Assembly: GCA_965644295.1 (NCBI GenBank)
Contig: CBFFRP010000016.1
Coordinates: 1-64,000, forward strand
Direction of reading: 5' to 3'
Source: Paraphysomonas bandaiensis
Taxonomy: Eukaryota > Protista > Chrysophyceae
DNA: 64,000 nucleotides
The notes beneath the pieces were generated by a model. It did no database searches and was not told the DNA's origin. It saw only the letters and a list, made by a program, of their open reading frames with translations. This document shows positions 25,202 to 38,361 of the stretch, in pieces (positions within the stretch are counted from its first letter, which is position 1; the number at the start of each line of letters is the position of its first letter). The position numbers and the translations under genes are program-made.

Positions 25202-26026
25202 ATTTGTTGTCGCTGTGTATATATATTTTGTCTGTGTCATATTTTGTAAAGTAACTGGGAAAAATATCGCTCTACGATAAACTTCAAATTATTTAGTAGA
25301 CATAAAATAAAAATAATGAAATATCAGAGTACTATTTCACAATAATATTAAGCATATAATAAGGACCTTGAATGAGGCCCGGGCACACATCTGTGAGTGG
25401 TGAAAAGGCGACATTTCTATTGCAGTGAATGTCAAGGAGCAGAATTGGGCTATTACACTCCACTATGATGATAGAACCTCTGAGAGGTTACTAACTCAAC
25501 ATACACTGCACACTGTTTCTTCAATTCTTCTCCGAGCGGTTCTTATGCATAGACGTACCACACATTACACATAAGTATATACGACACACATAGCTATTTA
25601 TCTTCAAAGATCAGTACATGTTAGCTTGATATAACTCATCTGCTGCTCCAATGCAGCACTGTCTCTGTGGATGGATAAGAGCGTGTCCTGATCTATGTGC
25701 AGAGAGATATCTGGAGGCTGGATATGCCTGGTCAATGATATGTACCCACGTACCCACACACATAGAGCTGCAGTACACCAGCACACATACATTCAGTTCT
25801 ACATAGTGTACCATAATGATGGATAGAATTAATACCGGAGTTCTGTACCATATACTGTACTTGTACTGCTGTAGAAGGTTGTGTACAGCAGTACGGAGTA
25901 CTTGGCTTGTGTGTTGTATATAGATAGTCATGTAGAGCACTGCGCCATCATCTGATCCTGCGGCTCCATTACAAACACTCCCGTATAACCATAAGAAGAA
26001 CATGTAACTCAACCACACACATTACG

Positions 26027-29000
26027 ATGAGGCCTCTCATAATCAGGACTTTAATAGCGGTGGTTGTGGCTATGGGATTGTCCTCTGCACAGGCTCTGTG
26101 TGGTGTGTCTATGAACGCCACTGATGAGGACGAGATGAACTATGCTTTAGACTGTGCGCGTGATGGAAATACATATGAGATCATAGTGATGGGACAGATC
26201 ATGACGATGAACACCTTCCATGTGGTGGATACGTCATATGTGTCTATTAAGAGCAGCCAGCATGCACCTGGAAGCATACTATGGGCTCAGGGGTATAGTT
26301 CGGACCGGGTGTTTAACATATCTCACTCTCATGTTGAGATAAACAACCTTCTGATAGCTGGTAGCATTAATGGAGGGGCCATTCAATTGTATGGAGCTAA
26401 TCTAACCGCCACTGGAGTGACTCTTTCTCCATTGGGTAGCTCGACACTTGTGTCGCAGCTGCTTGGTGGCGGCATATACGCATCAGATGGAAGCAACGTT
26501 GTGTTAACTTTGTCAAACATATCAAACTGGAATGCAAATCAAGGTGGAGCAGTGTGGCTTTTGCAATCACACATCACTGTCTCTGAGAGCACTTTTCACT
26601 TAAACGCGGTCACTGACAGTGGAGGATCCATTTATTTTTCAGAGGGCAGTGGTGGCAACGTGTCAACTAGTGTGGTGTTCTCTAACAACATAGCTGCTGC
26701 TAATGGAGGTGCAGTGTATGCTGGCGTAGACAGAGACCTTGCTATATCTCAAACTAGTTTTATAAACTGCACTGCAGTCGCTGGGTCTGCTTTGTATATC
26801 GCTGGTTCAGCTGATACAGGAAGGCGCGAGGTAAGAATTATTGATTCTCTTTTCATTGAAAATGTGGCGGGTGATGCGGGCACAGTTTACGTCGAAACTC
26901 AGGCGAATGCCGTCAATGTCATCAACGTTACGTGTAGTCACAATCTCGCTATGGGGAATGGTGAGCACAATCGAAATATATAATCAATTAATATAATTGC
27001 AATGCTCCAGGTGGATGCTTTGTTGTGGAGAAGGGTAGTACTTTGAATGCATCACTACTCACGGTGAACAGGAATATTGCTCTATCAGACACAATTGGTG
27101 GGGCTGTGAGCATTCGTCGGGGGTCGTTCACATGTTCGCATTGCCAGTTCCTGTCTAACACTGGTACCAGCGGAGGTGCGATATCTAACGTCGGTGGTTT
27201 ATTGTGGGTGTATGACAATGTATTTCGCGACAACACAGCTACTTATGGCGGTGCAGTTTATAGTGTTGGAGGAGTGCCAGTCTCTGATGTGTATTCCTCA
27301 TTCTCCGGATGCGACTTTCACATGAACTCGGCTAGTTCCTATGGCGGCGCTATATTTGTGGCTGAATCATCGCTTTTCATGACACATTCGTATTTTTACC
27401 GTAATTCAGCATTTGGCGCGAGTGACACAAGAGGTGGCATGTTGTATTCAACGAATTCAGTAGTGGAGCTGGACAATCTCATAATAATAGACTCCAGCGC
27501 TGGTGATGGAGGAGGACTTATGCTCACACACCAGAGTCGAGCTAACATATCAACTTGTGAGATACGAAATGCAACAGCTTCGAACAACGGCGGCGCTATA
27601 CGAATTGATTACTATTCAGACATAACTATTACCAATACATCTTTCTATCACAGTCAGTCTGGTGTGAACGGTGGCCATCTGTATATCGTTAACAATGCGT
27701 TTGTACATATCTATGACTCAATTCTCTCCAACTCTTTCGCATACAATACGGGGTCGGCGATGTATGCTTCTAATAAGGTGCAAGCTGTTATATCTCGCAC
27801 AAATGTCTCAGTAGGCACATCTATGACATCTGGGGGATGCTTGCATGCTGATGGTTCTGTGATATACGTATCAGATAGCAGCTTTGACACATGCGTCAGC
27901 AGTAGTGGAGGCGTTGCCAGCATACAGTCGTCTGCGTTCAATAGTATCAATTGTAGTTATTACAACAACAAGGCGTCAGAAGGTGGAGTTTTTATGGCAG
28001 ATACCAACACAGTTATATCGCTATATGATGACAGGTTAGTAGGAAATATAGCCGATTATAAGGGAGGCTGTTGCACCATCAGTGCTGCAACATTATACGC
28101 TTCGGGCTGTCTCTTTAGTAATTCGCTCAGTAAATATGGAGGTGCAATTTATGCCAGTGTTGGCTCCTCAGTCAATCTGCATGACTGCAATATCTCAAAC
28201 AACAAAGCTAATTATGAAGGAGGTGGCTTGCTGCTTCAGTCATGCGTTCACTCTACTATTAACTCTACAGTCATAGCAGCCAACGAGGCCAACACTGGGG
28301 GGGGAATCTATCTGGGTGACACGTATCTGATTATGAACGGCACGACGATGCAGCAGAATGCCGCAGTTGAGGCTGGGGGTGCAGCTGCGGTGCAGGAGGA
28401 ATCTGTACTTGATGTTACGGGTTGTGTCTTCACTGCAAACTCTGGCTTCTTGGGTGCCGCATTTTCTGTAGATTTTTCGTTTTTTTATGCAGCAAACTCG
28501 AAGTTTACTTATAACAGTGCTGTCAGTTCCGGAATTGTGAACACTCTCGAGGAATATGACATCGATATTACTATTACGCAGGATGGCTATGGAGGAGTGT
28601 TCAGCGCATTTATTGGGTACATGGTGTTACATTACTGTTCGTTTCAATCTAATAGCGCTTATTCTGGGGGAGTTGTATCGATGCAACTCTCTTACTTCAA
28701 CACGAGAAATGTGGAATTTATACGCAACACAGCTTCTATAGGTGGATGCGTTACAATGCAGGACAACAACATGTGGTTGTCAGAAAATGATGTATTTGAG
28801 CAGAATATTGCATATACAAGTGCAACGATAGCTTATGGATCGCTATTTGGTGTTATAGATATATCAGATGGGGTATTCAAGAACCCACACGTAGGATATG
28901 GCGGTATACCTTCATTCAATTTATACGTCGGCTATCTTTATCTCTCTCGATGCTCTTTCAGTGTAATTGATGTCGTAGACACAACCTTTCAAAACAGAAT

Positions 29001-32000
29001 GGGAAATTTTTATTTGGAGCAAGTTACCTTCGACATTTCGGATTCCGAATTTACAGGATTGTTCGCTTCTCTTGGTGGAGCAGTGTACATTGCGAACGAT
29101 TGTAATGGGGTCATCAATGGATCAACATTTTCGCAATGTACTGCTGAATATAGAGGAGGGGCTTTGGCCTTCAGTAACGTCGCAGATATCACAATATTTA
29201 ACTGCACATTTAATTCGAATGTCGCACTCGCTGGGGGAGCAGTGGATGTGGACCTGTCTGTTATTGACATCCAACAGTCAGTATTTAAATACAACACAGC
29301 ATCTCTAGGCGGTGGAGGTTTGTTCTGGAAATCAAGTAATGTTACAGAAACGGATTTAGTGTACTATGGTAACTCTGCGAGCTATGGGCCCCATCATGCG
29401 TCGTACCCAACGAAGCTACGTATAGCGAATGCTGAGGACTTCACGGGTCACCAAAGTTCAGGGTACCCACTTACCAGTCCTGTTAATATAGTTGCATTGG
29501 ATTACTTCGACCAGGTCATGAGCATTCAAAATACGCTGCAAGAGAACGAAGTTATTGTAGTTACAACTGCAGATTCAGACTCTTCAATCAGCGGCTCTAC
29601 CCTACAAAATATGAATTTTTCTGGTGTTACTGTGTTTTCGGATCTCACTGTTACATATCAACCTGACTCTAATGTGACACTAGAGTTTAGTGTACAAGGG
29701 TCGGACACTGTGGTGAATGCAGAGTTAGTACTAGTTTTTAGACCATGTGAAGTAGGCGAAGTGCGCAATTCCATCAGCACAACTCAAGCGGTGTGCGTAG
29801 CGTGCAAGTATGGATTTTATTCGTTTGATCCCACAAACACAGAATGTAAAGAGTGCCCAGAGAATGCTGTATGTCATGGTGGTTCATCTATGGACGTGAA
29901 AAAGGGATACTGGAGGCAGTGTCAGTATTGTAACGACATAAAGCAGTGCCAGTTCAAATTAGCGTGTCATGGTGGAGAAAATGTGAGCACACAGTGTAGA
30001 GATGGTCATGAGGGTAGGTGTATCGTACACTGGTGTTGCATGATACCTCATGTGTTGCTTTTTTTCAGGTCCGCTGTGTAATGTGTGTTCTGACGGTTAC
30101 TTCAAAAGTGATCGGGGGTCATGTGATGCATGTAATGCCGGAGCATCTTATATAGACATGATGTTCGCTATTTTCATAGCGATTTTACTATTGGGCCTTT
30201 TTTATGGTTGGCGGAAGAGAGAGTGGATTAAAGAAAAGCTAGAGGAGCTTGCCATCAAGGTAGATGAAACGATCGAAAAGTATGAGCTGCGTGTCTATTT
30301 AACAAAGATGAAAATTCTCGTCGCTTTTGTACAAATTCTAGTGAATATACCTCAAGTACTTGCGGTCGTTTTTCCTAAGACGTTTTCTGTATTTATTAAT
30401 TCTCTCTCTCTTGTGAATCTCTCGTTTTTGTCAATATTTGCGACTGATTGCTACGTCCACCAAAATTTCTACACCAGTCTCCTCTTTTCTACAGTCGCTC
30501 CCCCGTTTGCTGTTTTTTTGGTTGGGGCGATTCTTCAACTTCGCTATTCTCTAGCCCTTCGTGCTAATTCTTCTCGCCCGACCTACACCCGCAAACAGAG
30601 ATTAAACGATAGAAAAGTTTTTTTTCTTGTGATTGCATTTTTTGTCTTTTCGCCAGTATCGATTACTATTTTCCAGACGTTTGTGTGTGAGAGGTTTGAG
30701 GATGGGAAGGCTTATCTTGTTGCAGATTCGAGTGTACGGTGCTATACTCATGAACACAATATGTACATGATATACGCTTCTGTTATGATACTTATTTATC
30801 CCTTGGGAATTCCACTGTTCTACACGTATCACTTGACTCGCTATCAGAAATACATAAATCCAGCCACAGAACTTGTCGTGCGTGACGATGAGAAGGATAT
30901 TGTAAGTGATGCTGTTATTGAGGAAGAGAAAATTAAGTTGAGAGAAACATACGAAAAAGTTCAAAGCATATCTTTTCTGTATGACAGTTATGTTCCCAAG
31001 TGCTGGTATTTTGAAATTATTGAGTGCTTCCGGCGTTTGACATTGACTGCTATTCCAGTACTGTTTCTGCGAAGTACAGTCCTGCAGATAGTTATTGTGC
31101 TCTTAGTATCACTGGGATTTAGCGCACTGTACATGGAATTGCGCCCGTTTGTAAACGAGTCAGACAATACAGTAGCGATAATATCACAATGGTCGATTTC
31201 CATCACTGTTTTGGGAGCGCTTTGTATGCGCGTGGATGCTACAGACGAAGCCCTTTCGAGTTCTTCTGCTATAGGTGTCATACTGGCTTTAATGAATGGC
31301 TTGATAATCGCACTGACTGTTTATTTAACTGTGATTAATGATGATGACCCAATTGGTGATGTGGCAAGCAAGGTGAAATCTGTTGAGAAAGACGACGAGC
31401 TAAAAGTGGCAGATATAGAAGTGGATAGCGATGACGAAGACACTGATGCAGTTCAGCGAGATTTAGAGGCAACAGGAGGAAAAAAGTCTAAACGAAGGAA
31501 GTCTGATCAAGTTACTTCTCTTCGTGAGTATCAGCGACGGGTTTCAATAAAGAAGCAACTTCTCGACTCAAAAGAAGAAAGACAAGAAGAGGGTCTTGAG
31601 ATGCGTCCCGGTGATAGTCCCTCTGACGAAACACAGCAAGCGATCGATTCTAGCACAATAGCGAGGCGACGTCTGTCTCATAAACCCGAACCTGCAACTG
31701 AAACGTCATTATATACTGGGCCCACCAGCAGCCGACGGAGATCATTGCAGCCTACTTCTGTTCATAATCCCATGACCCCTCCAGAGGATTCACCGCTGTC
31801 AATGATTGATGCCCCTCTCAATGCGAGACGGCGTGCATCTCAGAAATCGTTCGCTGCGACTGAAACTCCAACGCCTGCTGGGTCCATCAGCAGTCGACGG
31901 AGATCTTTGCAGGCCACTTCTGTTCACAATCCTATAACCCCCGAAATATGTGAACGTCCATCTGTGGTTGAGGAGTTGACTTTGTACCACAGGTCTCCAG

Positions 32001-32200
32001 AATCTTCATCGTGTCCACCCAGTAATTCCGCCAATATTCAGTGTCAGGAACAGTCTTTGAAGTCATATTCAGATACTTTTGGTGCAGAAAAGATTCCCTC
32101 GGATACTGCGAATACTGGAAATTTGTCGGGTTTTGGTTTCAATAATTCACGGCGTTATGAGAAAGATAGTGATGATGAAGTTGACAGTGATGACGATTAA
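26027..32200 (+). CDS. Large surface protein: signal peptide, right-handed beta-helix (GGA[I/V]/FxxN Pmp-like repeats), Cys-rich TNFR/ephrin-like domain, multi-pass TM domain, disordered cytoplasmic tail
   Basis: Many FxxNxA..GGAI repeats; CVACKYGFYS..CKECPENAVCHGG..KKGYWR; KILVAFVQI, LIYPLGIPL, FLYDSY..WYFEIIECFRRL, RPFVNESDN; two short GT-AG introns near 26961 and 30014. Confidence 0.88.
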
Positions 32201-32963
32201 ACCCGATAGTTGCTGATAAAATAATAGTTAGTACTTGCATAGTGAGTTAAAACGTAGATTGCTTTCATACTTTCCAATCAGTTGTACTCGCTATTTGTTT
32301 TAATAAGCAAGTAGTATCAGTGATCATTGTAGATTTAAGAGCTTACAAGAAGTTGCTATTGTTTCCTCTGTATTTGCGGGCACATGAATATATCGATATG
32401 TTGTAGTCACGTACTTCACCGACATCACATATGAACAGTCGCTTTGAGGCCATCCTCGTCAGAATCGGTTACATCTGCAGTTTTATATGATAAAGTCATG
32501 TGTGCTTGACAGGTGCTTCACAATAACATAATCATATAATGTATATATGGGGTTCGTGGTTTGTACAATATGAACAAAGCACAAGGAAAAAGTAGAAGTG
32601 TGATACTATGCTTCTTGACTAATACGCGAATTCGTATTTACGTCACCGACCATAATGAGGTTTTGTCCACTTGCACTCAAAGTTGTGAAACAAGAGTCTA
32701 ACTTTCTTTAAATTTCGACTTAGGACAACACTCCTTATCCTAAGGTTAATTTATAGCTAATCTTCATAGTGTACAGTTTGTTTGAATTCGTAGTAAAGCA
32801 ATTTTATGACTGCAATAGACAATTTCTGTCTTAATTATGATATTGACTATTGACAGTCATATGTGTATGATTGCATTATATATTACACAATTTCAGGGAA
32901 ACAACAATGCTGAGTCAACATTCAAAAGCAGATCATCTAACACTCCAAGTTGTATTCTCTCCC

Positions 32964-33016
32964 CCTCAACAAAGTAGGACACGTACCTTTTCGTGGTGTT
33001 CTGGGGGATAAGTACC
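32964..33016 (+). mobile_element. 5' fragment of family A (duplicate at 34893-34945)
   Basis: CCTCAACAAAGTAGGACACGTACCTTTTCGTGGTGTTCTGGGGGATAAGTACC. Confidence 0.85.
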
Positions 33017-33699
33017 ACATCTAATGCTGGAGGTGATGTGGAGCAGTGGGACTTGTCCCTGTCAGGGTTTAGATCACGTCTTGCGTACCTCATATCATAC
33101 ACACAGTTGCATAAGCAGATGCTAAGCGTGTTATATAAAAATATGATTATGATGTCAACTACAAGAAGAAGCCTCTGCGACAACATTTTTTTACAGTCAT
33201 CTTCACATATATGTACAAAGTACGAATTTCACTTCCTCGCAGTTCCTGTTCTCTCGGTGCCTTACTGTGGTAGAGGTATATTTGTTGTAGATATATAGAT
33301 ACTATGTAACAGAAGTTGACATTATTTGCTAAGGTTTTACTATTCTCAAATGATAAAATGAAATTATAAACATTACATGATAAAGAACCTAAGTTGTGTT
33401 CGATGTGTTCAACACCATTCATTTACGACTATAGTGTACAAACCACACACTCAGTGATCGTATCCTGTATAGTCACCCACTTCTACTTCAGTTTTATACT
33501 ACACAATATAATGTACTAATTACATATATATCTTTCGATCCTTGCATGTCACATAATACTGCACTCAATTGCAAGTATATAGAATCTTCAGATCTCAACA
33601 CTATGAACTTGAAATATAAGGATTTATTGTTTGCTTTGAGTAAATGTCGTGCAAATTACCAGTCCCATGTTATGTAAATATGTAAATTATAGTATTCTT

Positions 33700-33831
33700 C
33701 TAGCCACTAATTAGTGCAGGTTTTCAACGCCTATTGCTAAATAATAAGACATTCAATATATATAATATGTATATTAAAAGTCTTGTTATTTAGCAATAGG
33801 CGTTAAAAACCTGCACCAAAATAGTGGCTAG
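33700..33831. mobile_element. Fold-back (palindromic) MITE-like repeat, family C
   Basis: About 60-bp inverted arms CTAGCCACTA..GTGCAGGTTTT.AACGCCTATTGCTAAATAA.AAGAC around a short AT spacer. Confidence 0.85.
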
Positions 33832-35628
33832 TTGAATGCTAGACAAATATAATACTCTGATTTTGTATATGTTTTCTCTTTTATCTTACAGAGAAAGCAA
33901 GCGAAAAATAGATGTACAGTCTAGATATATTATGCTCTTTACCGACTCGGCCGTCTACATCTGCATATATTATTTATCTCTGTGTTGGCTTATTTTTATG
34001 TGTATCGAAATGCAGGCAGTTGTTTCTACTACTACTGCGAATACTGGAAATTTGTCGGGTTTTGGTTTCAATAATTCACGGCGTTATGAGAAAGATAGTG
34101 ATGATGAAGTTGACAGTGATGACGATTAAACCCGATAGTTGCTGATAAAATAATAGTTAGTACTTGCATAGTGAGTTAAAACGTAGATTGCTTTCATACT
34201 TTCCAATCAGTTGTACTCGCTATTTGTTTTAATAAGCAAGTAGTATCAGTGATCATTGTAGATTTAAGAGCTTACAAGAAGTTGCTATTGTTTCCTCTGT
34301 ATTTGCGGGCACATGAATATATCGATATGTTGTAGTCACGTACTTCACCGACATCACATATGAACAGTCGCTTTGAGGCCATCCTCGTCAGAATCGGTTA
34401 CATCTGCAGTTTTATATGATAAAGTCATGTGTGCTTGACAGGTGCTTCACAATAACATAATCATATAATGTATATATGGGGTTCGTGGTTTGTACAATAT
34501 GAACAAAGCACAAGGAAAAAGTAGAAGTGTGATACTATGCTTCTTGACTAATACGCGAATTCGTATTTACGTCACCGACCATAATGAGGTTTTGTCCACT
34601 TGCACTCAAAGTTGTGAAACAAGAGTCTAACTTTCTTTAAATTTCGACTTAGGACAACACTCCTTATCCTAAGGTTAATTTATAGCTAATCTTCATAGTG
34701 TACAGTTTGTTTGAATTCGTAGTAAAGCAATTTTATGACTGCAATAGACAATTTCTGTCTTAATTATGATATTGACTATTGACAGTCATATGTGTATGAT
34801 TGCATTATATATTACACAATTTCAGGGAAACAACAATGCTGAGTCAACATTCAAAAGCAGATCATCTAACACTCCAAGTTGTATTCTCTCCCCCTCAACA
34901 AAGTAGGACACGTACCTTTTCGTGGTGTTCTGGGGGATAAGTACCACATCTAATGCTGGAGGTGATGTGGAGCAGTGGGACTTGTCCCTGTCAGGGTTTA
35001 GATCACGTCTTGCGTACCTCATATCATACACACAGTTGCATAAGCAGATGCTAAGCGTGTTATATAAAAATATGATTATGATGTCAACTACAAGAAGAAG
35101 CCTCTGCGACAACATTTTTTTACAGTCATCTTCACATATATGTACAAAGTACGAATTTCACTTCCTCGCAGTTCCTGTTCTCTCGGTGCCTTACTGTGGT
35201 AGAGGTATATTTGTTGTAGATATATAGATACTATGTAACAGAAGTTGACATTATTTGCTAAGGTTTTACTATTCTCAAATGATAAAATGAAATTATAAAC
35301 ATTACATGATAAAGAACCTAAGTTGTGTTCGATGTGTTCAACACCATTCATTTACTACTATAGTGTACAAACCACACACTCAGTGATCGTATCCTGTATA
35401 GTCACCCACTTCTACTTCAGTTTTATACTACACAATATAATGTACTAATTACATATATATCTTTCGATCCTTGCATGTCACATAATACTGCACTCAATTG
35501 CAAGTATATAGAATCTTCAGATCTCAACACTATGAACTTGAAATATAAGGATTTATTGTTTGCTTTGAGTAAATGTCGTGCAAATTACCAGTCCCATGTT
35601 ATGTAAATATGTAAATTATAGTATTCTT

Positions 35629-35760
35629 CTAGCCACTAATTAGTGCAGGTTTTCAACGCCTATTGCTAAATAATAAGACATTCAATATATATAATATGTA
35701 TATTAAAAGTCTTGTTATTTAGCAATAGGCGTTAAAAACCTGCACCAAAATAGTGGCTAG
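35629..35760. mobile_element. Family C fold-back repeat, copy in the second duplication unit
   Basis: Same as 33700-33831, offset +1929. Confidence 0.85.
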
Positions 35761-36278
35761 TTGAATGCTAGACAAATATAATACTCTGATTTTGTATATG
35801 TTTTCTCTTTTATCTTACAGAGAAAGCAAGCGAAAAATAGATGTACAGTCTAGATATATTATGCTCTTTACCGACTCGGCCGTCTACATCTGCATATATT
35901 ATTTATCTCTGTGTTGGCTTATTTTTATGTGTATCGAAATGCAGGCAGTTGTTTCTACTACAACTATGGGAGTCGACATATATATCGGAATACTCTGCCA
36001 AGCAAACAGGCCGAAAACAATGCAAACGGGATTAAATCTATATCATAGCTTCATGAAGTCAAAATCACTGTTGTGTTTAAGAGAATAAACAATTCGGGGC
36101 TTAACGATAGAGCAATTCATCTATACTGCCATATATCAGTCACTATAACTCATACTAACATATTACTTACATATGCTCAATGCTCTACAGATACGTAATA
36201 TCTTAGCAACTTACAATCTGATTCTATCAACGCAATAGTATTAGTGGTCTGTACAGCCATTCTCAGATGAATGGTACA

Positions 36279-37220
36279 CTAATTGTACCAGTATTCATTA
36301 TCTGTTCTGAGTTTATTCATATTTTCATTATCAACTACACCTTTGTCCCAAGAAACTCTTCGCTCTTTTCGACACCCACTGCCTGAGGATTCACATGATT
36401 CATGCTTCAATATAGCTGGGGGTACCGAGGCACTAGGCTTAATTTGCGTGTGGTTAATTATCCTCCGTAGAGCAGAAAGCAAGTCAGCAGAGCTATGAAC
36501 AACTTCGTCGAAATGGCCTGCTCAGAAATAAAAATAAAATATGGGCACCACTACAAGTACCAGATATGCGAAACACGCATGACACAACAATAACAAAGAT
36601 CAAGACAATAATTGTGTACCTTCCAACTCGGATTCCGAATAAAAACCCCACGTAACACCAATACTGTGCACCCCGGCCGCCTTCGCAGTGTCCCCATCAA
36701 CTGGCGAATCCCCAACATGCACTGCATGCATGGGCTCGGCGTCCAGCTGTCGGAGCGTATGACGCAGCCCTTCAGGATTTGGCTTGCATGCTGGCACAGA
36801 ATCTGAACCGTTGTAAGTCATGAATAAGTCATCAATCCCGTGTTCAGTGAGGATGGTATGAACTATATGGTAACTTGAGTTGGACAACACACCCATTCGA
36901 ACATGAGGGCTCTCATACAGCTCTCGTAACGTATACTTCATACCATCAAACAGAGACGTATTCGTCTTATCGATCGACCGAACGACAAGATCTTCATATT
37001 GTTTGGCCAGAGCAGGTCCAACGGGATCATCTTCATCCTTACATGCGTGTAATGCGAGTCGTTGAGGGGCTGAATACTGTGAATACAGTGAGTAGAGTGA
37101 CGGAGAAGGGTCTGTGTATCCGTTGAGGGATAGCACACGAGACATACACTCCCTGCACAGCGAATGAGTGTCTGATAATGTCCCCTCTAAGTCCCAGATT
37201 ATCGCCCAGGTCTGATTCAT
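36279..37220 (-). CDS. HAD-superfamily phosphatase (PGPase-like) with a C-terminal Inhibitor-3-like PP1-binding motif; 2 exons
   Basis: WDLEGTLSDT, LSNS, KPNPEG, HVGDSPVD..AKAAG..GVTWG; a phase-1 intron (G|GTACAC...GCAG|GC) leads to ...KERRVSWDKGVVDNENMNK...YWYN*. Confidence 0.85.
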
Positions 37221-38361
37221 GTTGAGTGTTGTGTGTGAGTAGCTGTGAATGTATGAAGTCACCGCTATACATATACACATATATACATAGAGGGAGCCTG
37301 TGTATGTATGATGCGGTGATGTACTGTACAAGAACAACCTCGAGAGGTATGCGGTATGATACTCTCCATACAGATACACATACATGTACGCTACACACTC
37401 ATGCATGCTCATGTCATGATGTTCTCTGCCTTCGTTCTTCAAGGTGCGGAATATCAGGGATATTAGAAGAAATATCATCACTTTTTTATAATATCGGGAA
37501 TATTGTATAAAATCAATGGAATGTGTCCAGAATTCTAGAATACAGCAGTTTGACTTGTTGAGGAGAACAATCCATTAGAACTATCCAATCATATGATATA
37601 TAGTGAATCTGATTGGCAGTTGATGTGAAATATCCAGTCATATTGAGAGAGATGCCCACATAGAGCTGAGATATGGATATAGATGAGGGTGAGATATATC
37701 AGTTGACGGTACATTTCTGCTCTTCTTGCGCTCTATATATCTCAACTATTGTTCTAGTCCTCTTGCAAAGGTGCATGATATTAAAATGAGAGAGACACTC
37801 TTACAAAGACCACTTCATTGCGGTTTAACATCTGCACTCTCAATACAACACAACTGTCAGGTTGCAAGTCGTGTGATCTATATAACTTTTACACCTCTAA
37901 TATGTAGATACTACATGACCAGTGAAGCTCTACCTAGGTAGATTTTAATTGACGCCAAAAAATAAGAAATACAATATCTTCACTACTAAAATACTCCAAT
38001 GAACTTGGGCGTTCTCTATGTCACAATAAGCAGCTTTGAAAAAGTATACTAGTCTACTATTTAACCCTTTAATAGTGCGCGTTGTTGAAACAGCCCCAAC
38101 ATAGTTTACCCTGACATTCGAATGCGCACACCATAACTGTTCTGGTACTACAACGTGCGCGTGGAAAGCATTATGGTTTGTGAAATGTTACGCTCTCCAC
38201 TACCATTTCAAACGACAAAGTAGTTCACAGTAAACTACGACAAATTGCAAGCTTCGTTTTGGGCGAAAAGAATAGTAGCAATTTGTCTATAACTGTATTG
38301 AATTTTAGCCAACAAACTGTATGTACTCTATGTGCTTACTCTATTTGTATAAATAAAAAAA

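Larger units (their letters stand above)
32104..35961. repeat. Direct tandem duplication, 2 x 1,929 bp
   Basis: 32104-34032 repeats at 34033-35961; ORF-track entries recur at +1929; one difference seen (TTTACGACT at 33427 vs TTTACTACT at 35356). Confidence 0.97.

Noticed and set aside
32893-35351. Duplicated small ORFs inside the tandem duplication
   Set aside because: They recur only because of the duplication, overlap a repeat fragment and show no protein motifs.
38061-38100. piggyBac-like end TTAA|CCCTTT
   Set aside because: No matching opposite end or transposase found in the window.
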